From Podarcis bocagei (Eukaryota), in the NCBI GenBank assembly GCA_964188305.1, contig OZ076893.1: a stretch of 64,000 bases of DNA, one strand, 5' to 3'. The position numbers and the translations under genes were made by a program. Positions 34,265-47,881 of this stretch are shown piece by piece. Position 1 is the first letter of the stretch; each line of letters starts with the position of its first letter. The notes under the pieces are model-generated. The model had not been told where the DNA came from. It did not search any database and saw nothing but the letters and a program-made list of their open reading frames with translations.

Positions 34265-35509
34265 GCTGGTTGAAAAATGTTGATTGGTGAGTCTAGGGAG
34301 TTGGTAAATGCCTCACTGTGAGAAGAAGTTGCTTCTCTTGGCTTGAAAGAGAGAGAGGTGCACAACCTCCTATGGAGTATCCTGTGAGGAGAAGAGCTGC
34401 CCAGAGTGTAATTTGGAAAAGGGAAAGACTGGCTAGAGAAATAAGTACGCATTCTGCCCTTCCCTGACTGTATTCCTGCTGTAATGCAATGAGTAGTATA
34501 ATTCCATACATTATGCCACTCCATGCATGATCCTATCTAGCAAAGTGCTATTTTATGGGAAATAGACAAGCCTGGGCCTATCATTAACCTGAGGTTTCTT
34601 AAAACATATTTTGGCAATGAAGTGGATTAATGAAACACACAGCATGTGGGTGAGGCTTCAAATTGTTCTCATGTCTCCTCTTTGTCTTAGTGAAGACTGA
34701 AAATTGGGGGGAACTCCTGCAGTTTATAAATATTCCCATTGCAACACTGCAATATTTTTTTTTTATCAGAATAGATTGTTATCACATGGTGAAAAGTAAC
34801 ACTGTGTCAATCTATGTTGGTTTCTGTGCATGGTAGAATCTTTGTGGAGAACCTGAAAAGGGAGAGATGCAATGCAAAGGCTGCCATTCGTGGGAAGAAG
34901 GGGGCTAAAAAACCAAAGGAAAATGTGGGTGCAAGGAGGTTACGTTGGAAGTGACTACAATATGTGAGACCATCAAACATGTTTGCTGCTTGCGTGGTGC
35001 AGAAATTAAGGCCAGTTGCCTTAACCCGCTTCTCATATTATTATTTTTTAAGTGTGGATCATTTCCAACACTGCTGTTCCACTCTTGCAGCAGACTTCCA
35101 CAGGCCATCCTTCTCTTCTCCTCTCACCTCCAACCCCCTCACACACCTTCAAGATCTGCTCCAAAGAGTTGGGGGACCCTTGGGAGCAGATGTGTATGTC
35201 TCCTTTTGTATGAGAATTCACAAATAATTCCTCAAGCATTGCTAGGGTTGGCCAACACTTGTCAAAATCAGCACCTGGAAATGAGCAAAGCATTTCCATG
35301 AACTCTCACCCACCAATAAGCTGGTGTCTCCTTTGTGAACCGGCTGAAGTTTCCTACTTTTTATGCTTTGGTGCTATGTTCAAAGGGTGGACTTGAGAAT
35401 CTTTCCTGTTACCAACCTACCATGTGGGAGATGTGCAAATTTTCTACTTCCCCTTACTTTTTTTTACCACACAGAGCCTTCCTTAGGCTTCCCATCTACT
35501 GGTACATCC

Positions 35510-35553
<44 letters not shown>

Positions 35554-36981
35554 AGGACCTCCTTGAGTAGGGAATAAGCATGCTTTGAAGCAATCTCATA
35601 TCACAACCACTGTTTAAACTTCAAAAGTCCTCCACATCTTTATTTCACTCTGGGCTGGAACCGAGACGTGTTGGTTGGGGTGGGGGGTGGGGAAGCAGGC
35701 AGCACAGGCCCGGATTTGGCCCAGGGGCTGCCCGTTACTGATCCATACCATGCACTATTGGAAAATGACAGGACTTGCTAATGAACAGGAGTGTGACTCT
35801 TCCTGCACTAATGTCCAAGCAGCAGCTGAGCCTCATTTGCATCTCTCTGCTAAATGGTTGAATTAATTTTCCATAGTGCTTACAGACTAGTTTTAATTAG
35901 CAGTTAAATCCATTCTGTTAACAGGGGGAAAAATTGTAAGGTGTTTACTAGCATGCAAATCACAACGGCGCCTTCTCAAGGCTCAATTCAAACAAAAGTT
36001 CCAAACCATTGATTCTGGATTTCTGGAGGCCTTACTAAGAAAAAAGTGCATCTTCTTCTTTTCACATCAATAAAACATCGTGTTTTATGATTCATTAACC
36101 AACACACCTTCCCCTCCTTCTCCTTTTTCTTCTGTGCCCCCACTTCCCCAATTTGGAGGGGATGACACCCCATGAAGTAGTAATAAGGCAGGGCAGACCT
36201 TGCTAATATGGCACCCTGTGCAAGGCCAAAAATTTTCAGGCCTACATAGCCCTCATGGTGCCTTCCTAAAGCTGGGTAATGGAGGTGCCAGGGTTAGGGA
36301 AGGAGGCACGAGGCTCATCTGGCAGCGTCCTTGAACCCTTCTTCCTCATTCCCAAAGCTGGGCAAGCACTAAGCAGGCTTTGGTCCTCTAGGATCCTGTC
36401 AGAGCCCTCACACCTCCTTCCCAAAGCCCAGTGCTTAAGGAGCTTTGGGAAGGAGGCAGGAAGGCACCTGCAGCCTGTAGGGGGAAACTGGCTGTGCTGC
36501 CCTGAGGCCACCTCTGAATAGGGAATCTAATAGACATTACTTGGAGGATAGTGTGTTTCACTAAACAGGCTGGTGAATGGTGCCACCAGTGGTTGGGACA
36601 CTCAACCTCAAGCCAAGAGGGCTCAGCATTAGTTTGCCTTGCTGCAGGAGTAGGAGAACCTGTGGTCCTCTGCGTGTTGGACTCCAGCTCCTTTCAGCCC
36701 TAGCTGGTGGTCATGGATTAGGGAAATTGCAGTTCACCAATATGGGGAAGGCAGCAGGCTTCCCACTCCTGCCTTAGTGAGATGTAAGCCCATGGTTGTG
36801 CTCTTGTACAGTCAGGTCCTGTGAGGGTAATTCTGTGGTTTTTAACCTGAGGTTTTGCTCACTGCAAAATAACTTGGGTTATGTTGTTGACACCCCAGCT
36901 ACTTCTGGCAGTACTGTGTCTTCTCCCATCAGTAAGGGTACATCTGTTCCACAAACCCCAACTGGTTTCATAATTATTCCA

Positions 36982-37016
<35 letters not shown>

Positions 37017-38723
37017 CTTCTCAGGGATCAGTGACCAGAGGGAGAAAAATCTAACAGAGAATTCTGAGCAATCTTACCCCAATACTACCAACACTTTAAA
37101 CTGTATACATTTTATACAGGTAAACAAACTTCATAGGTATGTCTTAAGTTGATCAATCAGTTGGTTAAGCACAACTGGATAAGTGTCATGAATGGATGGG
37201 CTCAAAACCACACTCGAAAAAGTTATTGTACTATGGAGAGCTCCAGAAAGCTATAGTGATTGAATATTATTTTTCCTCTTGCAAAATTTGTATCACCCTC
37301 TCACACACACGAAGATCACAGACACTACAGACAGCAGTGTAATTGGTGTGAATGCTAAGAAAGGAACCCGGGTCTAACCACAATTCCTCTGGAAGAAGCT
37401 GGCACCTTCTCTGCCTGCAGGGAGGTATTATTTAGCCATTTACTACAGATCAAAGACAGTAAGTGTAATTATTTTTAGGAATTAAGTAGGTAATCAGTTT
37501 GGAAAACAAAAACACAATTAAAAAAGAAATAAACCTCAGCTCTTGGAGCCTGGAGAATTACTTAGCTGGAATTCTTCCCTGTCTGCTGTTTTATTCTAGT
37601 GTTAAATTTAATATTATTAATATAATGTCATAAGCTATTCATGAGATGTCTTAAGCACATGTTACAGAGGCTTCTACTTCACTTGGATGGAAACATTCTC
37701 TGTGTATAATATGGTAGATATCTTTAGTATGCTTTTCCTCATAGATTGACTTCTGTCTTGTGGCTCTTAGCAGTAATCAGATCTGAAGATGACCTAGACA
37801 TATAGTTGTGCATTTGGATTGAGAGTTTGGTGGATTGGAAGTGGGGGAAATTAAATTTTCTGTTTCACTCTGCTCTTGTCCTCTGTTTCTCTGCCCTATA
37901 CCACCCTTTGTTTTCATATGACAGTCTTTTGGGTTAGAGGAGCTCTGGCTTGGTGGTGCCACTGCTGTCTAACAGGAGCTTCCCTGACTTCATGACTCCA
38001 TAAACATCCCAGTCAAGCCAACAAGCAGCAAAACCAGAAAGTCGGATCAATCCCTTGGTGTGGTGCCATACATGACTGGTGAACTGGACCACAAAGTGAG
38101 CCACCTTGCCCTTGAATTCAGAATGGTACTAAGGAGCGATAAGTACAAGATTACTCGGCCTCAAGGCAGGAGGCAGGAGGGCCTGTCCAACTATGTTTTG
38201 CAATTGGAATTAGGGAGTCACATCCAAGACCGAAATGAGAGATTACAAGAAGTGGTTTTCATGGATCAGAGCCAACCCAAGACATTTCGCTGCCTGAAGC
38301 AAAGGATATGATTGTGCTCTCTCTCCTGTTCTATGGCCAGACAGGCAGTTGGATCTTACTTTAACACTGTTGATGGGCCAATGTGGTGGATGTTCCCTGT
38401 TGTTGTTCAGTGCCACAGCATCATTGTTGATAAGGAGAAGATGCTATTGTACATGCCAGGTCAACAGCAGTCGGGTGACAGAAGTGGCCAGTAGGATCCC
38501 AATTGGTCCTATAAAGCTATTGACTTTGGTCACTGCTGCTCAGTTGCCCTGTTTCTCTAGATGCTCAGCTTATCTTCCCTAGTGCTGATGTGCTATCTTT
38601 CTCTTCAGAGTTTCAAAGCACATCCTAGTGCACATTTACTCAGAAGTAAATCTCATTGTGGTCTCTGAGGCTTACTCTAAGGTAAATGTGTATAAGATAG
38701 TAATTGTATTAAGATAGATAGAT

Positions 38724-39132
38724 ATAACACCGGTCTTGAAAGACGTACACTGGCTCCCAGTACATTTCCGAGCACAATTCAAAGTGTTGATGCTGACCTT
38801 TAAAGCCCTAAACGGCCTCGGTCCAATTTACCTAAAGGAGTGTCTCCACCCCCATTGTTCTGCCCAGACACTGAGGTACAGCTTCAAGGGCCTTCTGGCA
38901 GTTCCCTCACTGTGAGAAGTGAGGTTACAGGGAACCAGGCAGAGGGCCTTCTCGGTAGTGGCACCCACCCTGTGGAACCCCCTCCCAGCAGATGTCAAAG
39001 AGAACAACAAATACCAGACTTTTAGAAGACATCTGAAGGCAGCCCTGTTTAGGGAAGCTTTTAATGTTTAATAGGTTATTGTATTTTAATATTTTGTTGG
39101 AAGCCGCCCAGAGTGGCTGGGGAAACCCAGCC
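38724..39132 (+). mobile_element. L2-clade LINE 3' fragment running into the assembly gap
   Basis: Homologous to 25470-26230. Confidence 0.85.
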
Positions 39133-39320
39133 NNNNNNNNNNNNNNNNNNNNNNNNNNNNNNNNNNNNNNNNNNNNNNNNNNNNNNNNNNNNNNNNNNNN
39201 NNNNNNNNNNNNNNNNNNNNNNNNNNNNNNNNNNNNNNNNNNNNNNNNNNNNNNNNNNNNNNNNNNNNNNNNNNNNNNNNNNNNNNNNNNNNNNNNNNNN
39301 NNNNNNNNNNNNNNNNNNNN
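39133..39320. other. Assembly gap
   Basis: Run of N. Confidence 1.
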
Positions 39321-40636
39321 GTTTCGCTACGGATAGTATCTTTTCCTGGATGTAACAACAATCCAAGTTTGCAATGTGTGTTCCATCACATGAGCGCATG
39401 GCACTGCGTCATTTGTGATGCTGATGCAGGAAGTTAGGAAGCGCGACTCCCGCAGCTCTCAAAGCCGGTGGCACTTTCATAGGCCAGCCTTTCATCAAGT
39501 AAATTCCTGAATGTTGACCAAACTCTTCCAAAGCCAGGCAGCTAATGGAGCAGGATGCATGTGATACACTTGCCATTACAGAGTCACCGATAAAAATCCT
39601 TTCCCAGAGGTCCTGTATGAATGGAGATTTTTTTTTTTTAAAAAAAAGAAAAATAATTTCTCTTCAGTGGTTTCTTTCATGGCACAAGAAGGGAGGTCAT
39701 GTGTTTTAGTTTAACTGATACATTCCAATAAAATGATTTTCAAAGGGAAAGGACAAATAATGGGTGTTTTGCATATGGTGGCTGTGGATGTCAGATGGAG
39801 TTAATTTCACTGTAAACAATGTATTTGTTATTCTGAAAGCTGGTTGCAATTCATTTGAGAGGTTTCTTCTCTCTCTTTTTTTGAAAAAATTAAGTTTATC
39901 TAACAAACTAATAAAATGTCCTGTGAAGCCTTTATGGCTGTCACAATATGATGACTGATGAGACTATGTTTCTTTAGCACAATAAAGATAAAGGTTACTG
40001 TCACAGAATGTTCTCTCTCAAGTGCAAAATGGAGATATTTAAAGGCATATCAGCTTGTATTTAAAGGCAAAAAGCACTATATTAAGAAAAACTGCTTTGC
40101 AAAAATGCGTCTATTAGGAAAAATTCACATTAAAATGCTGCTGAATTTTAAGGAGGGATATTTTTTTTGGAAATGCAAAGTGATGTGGAAATGTGGAAAA
40201 CTGAATTTAAGATTGGAAAAATGAGTCCTGGTAATGACTTTACACTGTGCTCAAGGCCTTGCAATAATTCTATTGTAACTTACCTGTAATGTGTTACGCT
40301 CTTGTTTATAAAACTTAATATGTTAGAATTTTAGAAAATGAAAAAATGAGAAACTGCAAAAAACTGAAATCGAGAGATCTTCCCTTCCTTAGCTGTGGCC
40401 ATTCGCCATATCACATCAACAATTGCCTATGATATGTGGCTGATAAATGGTGAAGTGGGCAGTAAGCTTGTTGATGTTTCTCTCCAGCAGAGAATAGCTA
40501 AACTTACAGCCCCTTTGACTGGCTGGCTGGTTGCTCAAGATTTTAATTAGTGCTCACTTCCACTTTACAAGTAATCTCCTTAATCTTATGAAACACAGAG
40601 GTGCTGTTTCTCAGACCATTCTCATTCTCTCTCTCC

Positions 40637-40709
<73 letters not shown>

Positions 40710-40895
40710 ATTCCCACTAATAAAATGCATTTTCTATTATATATAAATACTATGTTTTTGCTCCTAATGTACACATTTTTGTGCAGTTAGGTTTTTTGGC
40801 TGCACAAAACTTGAAGGCATGTGAATTTTGAAGGACAAGTGTGTTTTGGTTCACATTTTGTTTAGGATGTGTGAATTAGACAGACCTGATTGATT

Positions 40896-40944
<49 letters not shown>

Positions 40945-40946
40945 CT

Positions 40947-40984
<38 letters not shown>

Positions 40985-42257
40985 GCTACCTATCTAGAAT
41001 TTTTGCTACTGACCATGATTTTAACCCAATGATACCAATCGTGCCATTTTTATTTGATAGTATCACAAGGCTCAGTGATGTATAATCAGCCTTCCGGGAC
41101 AAGTTTCAGCCTCTGCTCTCTGTGTGTGGCGACTTCCTTTCTCTCTCTGTTCCTGCACACCACTGACAGGCAGGCATTGTCCCTTCAGCGAGCTCTGCGA
41201 TATTACTTTGACCCCGTCCCATCAATCTGCCTCAATTGGATAATGATCTGTAATCGCTTGCTTTCAGGGGAGTCTATAAATTTGCCAAGGCCCCTTTTCT
41301 CCTCTGAAGGACTCCTTATGTTCGCTCCCAATTGTGGAAGCGCTCTCTCTTTCACAGCGCTAAATAGCCACGCACATGGTACATTCTGTTCAGGGGCGCC
41401 CGGCTGTTGTTCGCTGTCGATTTTCCATGGGCTCTTGCACTCGAAAGGCGAGGCTAAGCATGACATGCCGGCACTCAGTGGGGAAGCTGGCCCAAGTTGC
41501 GCCACTTCAAGAGCAGCCACTTTTCTCATTAAGGATGACCGGTCATTAGGCCGCTTTGTATGGGCCCGCTAATCGATGAGCTGACCATGTAGTGCTTGAA
41601 AAATAAAAGAAGCTATTAAGAAGGAGAGCGCTGGGGTGGAGTGGAGGGAAATGAGGACATCAAAACCAAGTTAATGGAGAATTCTGACCTTTATTTGTGG
41701 TCTTTCGGCCCAAAGGCAACATTAACAGGGATGCTTCGAGGAAGCTAGCAACAGTCAAACCCTATTGTGCTTAATTCCTCAACCATTCACAGGCCTGCTC
41801 CTTCATTTAGTTGCCCCACCAGATCAAATGAGCAAAAAGTGGGGTGGCTGGGGAAAAGCTTATGTCCTTCCTTTGTTCTCTGGGCCCTCTCCTTTCTCAT
41901 TAACAGGGATCAGGAAGCCTTGTGAGGACCACTTGGGGGGAGAAGTCTGGGGATCACAATAACCCATACATAGGCACACCACCATAGAGCATTGTGGGTG
42001 TTTTAAAACAATCCTTCCAAAACAGATTAGTCAGCTTTAAAATACAGGGATTTAAACTGTCATTGGGCAGCATTTGGTCTGACCTTATTTGCATTATAAA
42101 TAATATAAATAACAAAATTATTATTCACAACTTTTAGAAGATGTCTGAAGGCAGCCCTGTATCAGGGATTTTTTTTAAATGTTTGATGTTCTATTATGTT
42201 TTTATATGTGCTGGAAGCTGCCCAGAGTGGCTGGGGAAACTGAGCCAGATGGGTGGG

Positions 42258-42303
<46 letters not shown>

Positions 42304-42442
42304 CTGATCTTATGCCATCAAAATAATTCAATTGTGCCTTCAATCCACTTAATAATAAATTGTCTTCAGCTGCCACAATCCCTTTAAGTACAGTTCCTTC
42401 AACTTAAGTACAGTTGCCCCCTTTCATTTCCAAGTTGCAGCC

Positions 42443-43193
42443 TTAGGCATTGGACGCGGGTGGTACTGTGGTCTAAACCACAGAGCCTAGGGCTTGCTGA
42501 TCAGAAGGTCGGCGGTTCGAATCCCCACAACGGGGTGAGCTCCCGTTGCTTGGTTCCTGCTCCTGCCAACCTAGCCGTTTGAAAGCACGTCAGGTACAAG
42601 TAGATAAATAGGTACCGCTCCAGCGGGAAGGTAAACGGTGTTTCCGTGCGCTGCTCTGGTTTGCCAGAAGCGGGTTAGTCATGCTGGCCACATGACCCGG
42701 AAGCTGTCTGTGGACAAACGCCGGCTCCCTCGGCCTATAGAGCGAGATGAGCGCCGCAACACCAGAGTCATCCGTGACTGGACCTAATGGTCAGGGGTAC
42801 CTTTACCTTTAAGCCTTGTTTATGGGAGGGGAGGTTGTTGCCTCCACCTGCCCCTCCTCGTTAAGAGTATCCCATTAAAGGGATCCGGGGGGTGGTTCCT
42901 GTCCAAAGCCTGGGTGTGGGCTAGGGCCATGTCACAACCCCATTGGGGACCCTGGGGGTGCTCTTAATTAATGTATATCATAGGGGGGGCTATCGGTGGT
43001 TGACACTTCAGAGACTTCCAGCAGATGGGCAGGAGTCAGGATATAGTCTGTCTTCACCCAAATGCCTAAGTCCAACCGCTCACATCTGTAACCAATAAAG
43101 TTGTAGCCTAATTGATCCCATTAACCCAACATATTCGTGTTTGTGTGTTTATTTCTGGGGGGGAACTGCTGGGCCTGGGGCTTCACCATGCAA
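42443..43193 (+). mobile_element. B-repeat-only Ngaro fragment (fourth family), interrupted by a Sauria SINE
   Basis: TTAGGCATTGG, then the SINE, then GAGGGG...CCCCTC, ATCCCATTAAAGGGAT, AATGCCTAAG and AATAAAGTTGTAGCC, ending ATGCAA. Confidence 0.72.
42452..42810 (+). mobile_element. Sauria-type SINE nested in the Ngaro B fragment
   Basis: GGACGCGGGTGG head, GGTTCGAATCC B box, ACCTTTACCTTT tail. Confidence 0.9.
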
Positions 43194-45018
43194 GTACAGT
43201 TACCTCCTCTCATTTCCAGTTTGCAGCCTTATTTTACCCCCCCCCCCATTGAATCAGCATCTCATAAGATTAAGAATGAGGCTTTCCACCAGAAGAGGAT
43301 GGTCCCTTAGAGGGAATGAGGCACTTCCCCACCAACCTTAGCCTGATCTTACTTACCTGCCTTTTTACTTGCATCCAGTCCATTGGGTAGTACAGCCTGT
43401 CAGCTTCCTCTTCCTGGGTGTCAGTGTTGCAGCAGGGAGAGAGATGGGGACTAGAATTGGCTCTGGTGCCACCTACTGTTTGGCTCCCTACATTCTGCCC
43501 TACCAGGACCAATAATCATCAATCACCACTGGTTTCAACATACACACAATGCCAAAACTAGTGCCCTTCCACCACACTTTGGACTCAAAGAGGCTCTCAG
43601 TCAGTCAGTCAGGGTAGAAGTCAGTGTTGTTTATTCTTTGGCAGCTGTTCTTTGGTGGCTCAGTTCTGCTTCCCAAGGGCTGCTGTTACACTGCTATTCA
43701 GGGCCAGATCTTCTCAAGCTTCTGAATGCAGCCGCCTTTGTTGCATTATGGGTGTGCAAGAGCCTCAGTGGCTTCCACCAATTGTAAATATATGCTGGCC
43801 AATGGTAACCAAGGGTTACTTCGGGCAGTATACCATGAAGTGCAAGTGCACACACACAAATCTGTAATGGGTTCCCCCCCCCAACACCCCTGAACAGTTT
43901 GGGGGAGGGCATGGGGGGCACATGGGGGTGGGAGAGGGAGGGGAATTGTGATTGTGCAAGCAGAAGTCCTGGCGATCCAGGGGTGCCAACTGGAATAAAA
44001 TATTGGGGGAACCAGGCAACCCCCCCCTGCATAATCAACCACAAGACACAGCACACACACACCATTTGAATGGCAACTTCCATCAATGGGGGGCCAGCCT
44101 CCTCAAATATTTAATAGGAGGGCTGAAGGGACCTCAGCCCCTAGGAGTTGACTTCTATGTTGTGATCGCAGAAGCTCATGGTTGGATACTGCCCATATTT
44201 ATTTCCTCACTTTTCAACCCCAACCTAAATCCATAACTCCTTCCCCCAAACCACTGGTCTTGGATGGATGGTGGAAAGACCCACCAGGCCTGAAAGTCTG
44301 TTACCACAGTGGTCAACTAGATGCCCACGGGAAAGGCGGTATGCTTCCAGTTGCTGAAAACCACAGGAGAGAAGAGTGCTCTTGCATTCTGGTTCTGCTT
44401 GGGGGCTTCCCGTAGGCAGCATGTGAGACCATGTCCAGATCTGATCCATGGTCTGATCCAGCAGGCTCTTCTTACTTTCTAAATGTCAGTGGTGTTGCAT
44501 GGAGAGGCCAGAGGGCCGTGGCCCCAGGAGCAAATTTATGAGGGGGTGCAACCAGGTGCCCCCACAACAGGCTACCTCCTTGAGGCTGGAGCCTCAGGGA
44601 AGCAAGTCATGTCTGGGCCAGGCCTTTATGACTGTGGTGGCAGCGGTGCCTCCTCCTCTGGTCAGTGAAGGGATGGCGGTGCATTCCCCATCCCCGGGCT
44701 AGCTGAGAGGAAGGGAGGAAGAGAAATGTGGGAAAGCCCTGTTGTAGTCACGTGCAGGAGACCACAAGATGGTGCCCATGGCTTTGTGTTTCTCTGCCTT
44801 ATCTCTGCTCCCAGGTTGGGGCTAGTTTGAAAGGAGAGGCTCCCTTGATTAGATGCTGTCTGGTGAAGGGACTGAGCACTGCCCAGTCCACCAGGGGTGC
44901 AACACCTGCACTGCCCCGGGCTCCAGCAACCCATACTACACCCCTGCTGAATGTGCATACATGTCAGTGCATCTCTTTGCATGGAGTTCTTACATTACAC
45001 ACTACCTTATTGCATGGT

Positions 45019-45073
<55 letters not shown>

Positions 45074-47533
45074 GTGCCTGTCTGCTCTTCCACCATGTGA
45101 AGCAAGATCCACAGCCAAGAGAGTGCATGAACCAGCCCTTTGTATAAGTCCCTTCTGAGATGAATCAAAGCGCTGAGATACCCCTTCAAAACAACATCTG
45201 TCCGATGCGTTGTCCTCAGCCAGCATTCCTTTGCAGGCGCTCTGCTTTCCCATGGGGTTTCCTATTGCTGTCAGAGGCAAGCCAGCCAGACCTCCTTTGA
45301 CTCAAACCAGAGCTGCCTTGCGGTCCGTTTCTAGTTGGTGGCCAGAGCTCTGGACAAGATGCGTGCTCTGCCATGACTTTGTTTTCATTACCGCCAGGAT
45401 TATGAATGATAAGCATCTCGGAGGTAATTTGTTTCCACTGTGTTAAAAATTCCATTGGAAAGTCGCCTCCCATTGTAACTATTAAACGCCTAATTGATAT
45501 CATGTAACAAAAAGGAGCCTTTTTTATTTTTTAAAGCTTTTCTGAATTCTCTGGAGCCCTAAATGAGCTGTAGTAGAAACTGAGGCTGTTGCTGTTTCAA
45601 AGCTCTGTTGTTGCCTTCCAGTCATTCATCATCGCTGTGAACACATGGGAAAAACTCTTCTTGAAAAATAGCCTATACGGGATCCATATCCTAGAGAGAT
45701 GGAGAGAGAACCCAGTAACATTTGAAATCAGTAATAACTTATGAACAAATGGGAGGGGCAAGATGTGGATATTATCTATATATTTATTTTCAAAGCCAAT
45801 GCCGGCTTTGAATAATTACAGTGTAAATTCACCATATTTATCTCCCTCAGAATCACCAAATCTAAGTTGTTTATCATTTGTAGAAGACACAAACCAGAAA
45901 AATTGCACACCTTGTCCTTGGATTGCCTAACAGGCATCAGGTGACCTGTTTCTGCTTCTGGGGGATATTCACCAAAGTGGATATATCTCACTTCATCATT
46001 TGGACCCAGTCTGGCAAATTCTTCTGGAGAAACCCATGAGGTATCCAACTAAAGCACAGAAATTGCGAGAAAATAGCTGTTTTGCCATTCTACTCCCAGA
46101 ATCAGATTGAGGCAAAGGAACAAAACCTGAGGTAAAGACCTGGAAATGCCTGTTGCTATTGATTGAGAGATCTCTGAATTCACTAAATTGAAATAAGTCA
46201 ACCCTCACCATTTGTTCACCTGTGGTAGCAGACGGTGTAGTTTGGTGAAACTGCGGCTCACTTGACCTTTGATCAGTCATGCTGCTGATGCTTACCAGGA
46301 GGTGGAGGCAGGGAGGTTGGTTTGTGCAAACACACTAGTGGAACAAATCCAGTACTCCCACTGGTGCGTTGGCACCATGCAGGCCTAGCCACCACTTTGT
46401 CCCTCCCCCTCCTCCTCCTGGTGAGCAACGGCAACATGACCGATTGAAGTTCAGGTTAGTGTTAGCACCTCACCATGCCATCAGTTACTGCTCAAAATGG
46501 CAGGGAGACTGGTGCAGTGAAAACTCACTGGTAGGAACACCTATTGGACTCTGCTGGTGCATATGCACTGCACCAACCTGTCTGCTATCTCCTGCCTTCC
46601 TTGCTGACAAGCAATAGTGACCTACCTGTTGGGAAATCATTCATTCATCCATTTTATTTGTATGCTACTTACACACATGCAGGCTTCCTATGTACCTGGG
46701 TCTTTCTGTGGACAACCTGAAATTGTGTTTTCTACCACTGAGTCCCTGATTAAATATGTGGATTTTTGAGTTCCACTCCAGTCATGGAAGCACAGGGAAG
46801 TTTTGCTTTACTGGAACTTCTAGGACAGAGTGGAGGGGAAGAATATGTGAGTTTGCTGTTTTTGGTCCTGACCAAACAATTTATTAATCTCTCTTAAATA
46901 TTAATAAGTTGCCTTTTTGAACTGTGTCCACCCAAGGTGGCAAACAACAATGCAATTGTAAAAGGCACTATCCTAATAAAACTCTCACAATTCCAAAGCC
47001 ACAGAACCAGCCATATGTTAGACCAAGCAATATAAAACCATTTCCAAAATCATCGCAATAAACCGCTGAAATAGCTGTATAAAGAATACAAATACAATAG
47101 CATGTCCAAAAGATACATCAGTTAATTGAAATGGGTAGGGTTTTTGTTTTTGTTTTTACTGCTACAACTGGAGCGGCTAACCGTGCATCTCTTGGGAAGG
47201 AGTTCCATAAGACAAGGGCCACCACTAGAAAAGCCCTGCCAATCAAACCCATCTTAAGGGTAGGCCACCAATGAGGGTCCCCGGTGCTGATCTTAAAGCA
47301 CTGGCAGCAAGTGGCACAATGCAATGGCAGGTAATATAAGGCTGGTGTCCATTTCTCTACTGTAAAGCATCTCATCAGAAGACACTTTGCAATGGAGAAC
47401 CTGAGGAATGAGTGGACACTCTCAAAGCTACAACTGTCCCCTGGAAATTGCAGCACTCACCTAAGTTAGCTAACCCCCGCTCCCAGAACACTTTCCTAGT
47501 GCATGTAAATTGCACTTGCCTAACATGCTTTGT

Positions 47534-47881
47534 GGGACACAGGTAGTGCTGTGGGTTAAACCACAGAGCCTAGGGCTTGCCGATCAGAAGGTCGGTGGTT
47601 CAAATCCCCACGACGGGGTGAGCTCCCATTGTTTGGTCCCAGCTCCTGCCAAGATATCAGTTCGAAAGCAGGAAGTGTAAGTAGATAAATAGGTACTGCT
47701 CCGGCGGAAAGGTAAACGGCGTTTCCATGTGCTGCTCTAGTTTGCCAGAAGTGGCTTAGTCATGCTGGCCACATGACCTGGAAGCTGTACGCCGGCTCCC
47801 TCGGCCAGTAAAGCGAGATGAGCGCCGCAACCCCAGAGTCGGCCACGACTAGACCTAATGGTCAGGGGTCCCTTTACCTTT
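47534..47881 (+). mobile_element. Sauria-type SINE
   Basis: Same family; TSD TAACATGCTTTGT. Confidence 0.9.

Noticed and set aside
39064-39399. ORFs spanning X runs
   Set aside because: Artefacts of the assembly gap.
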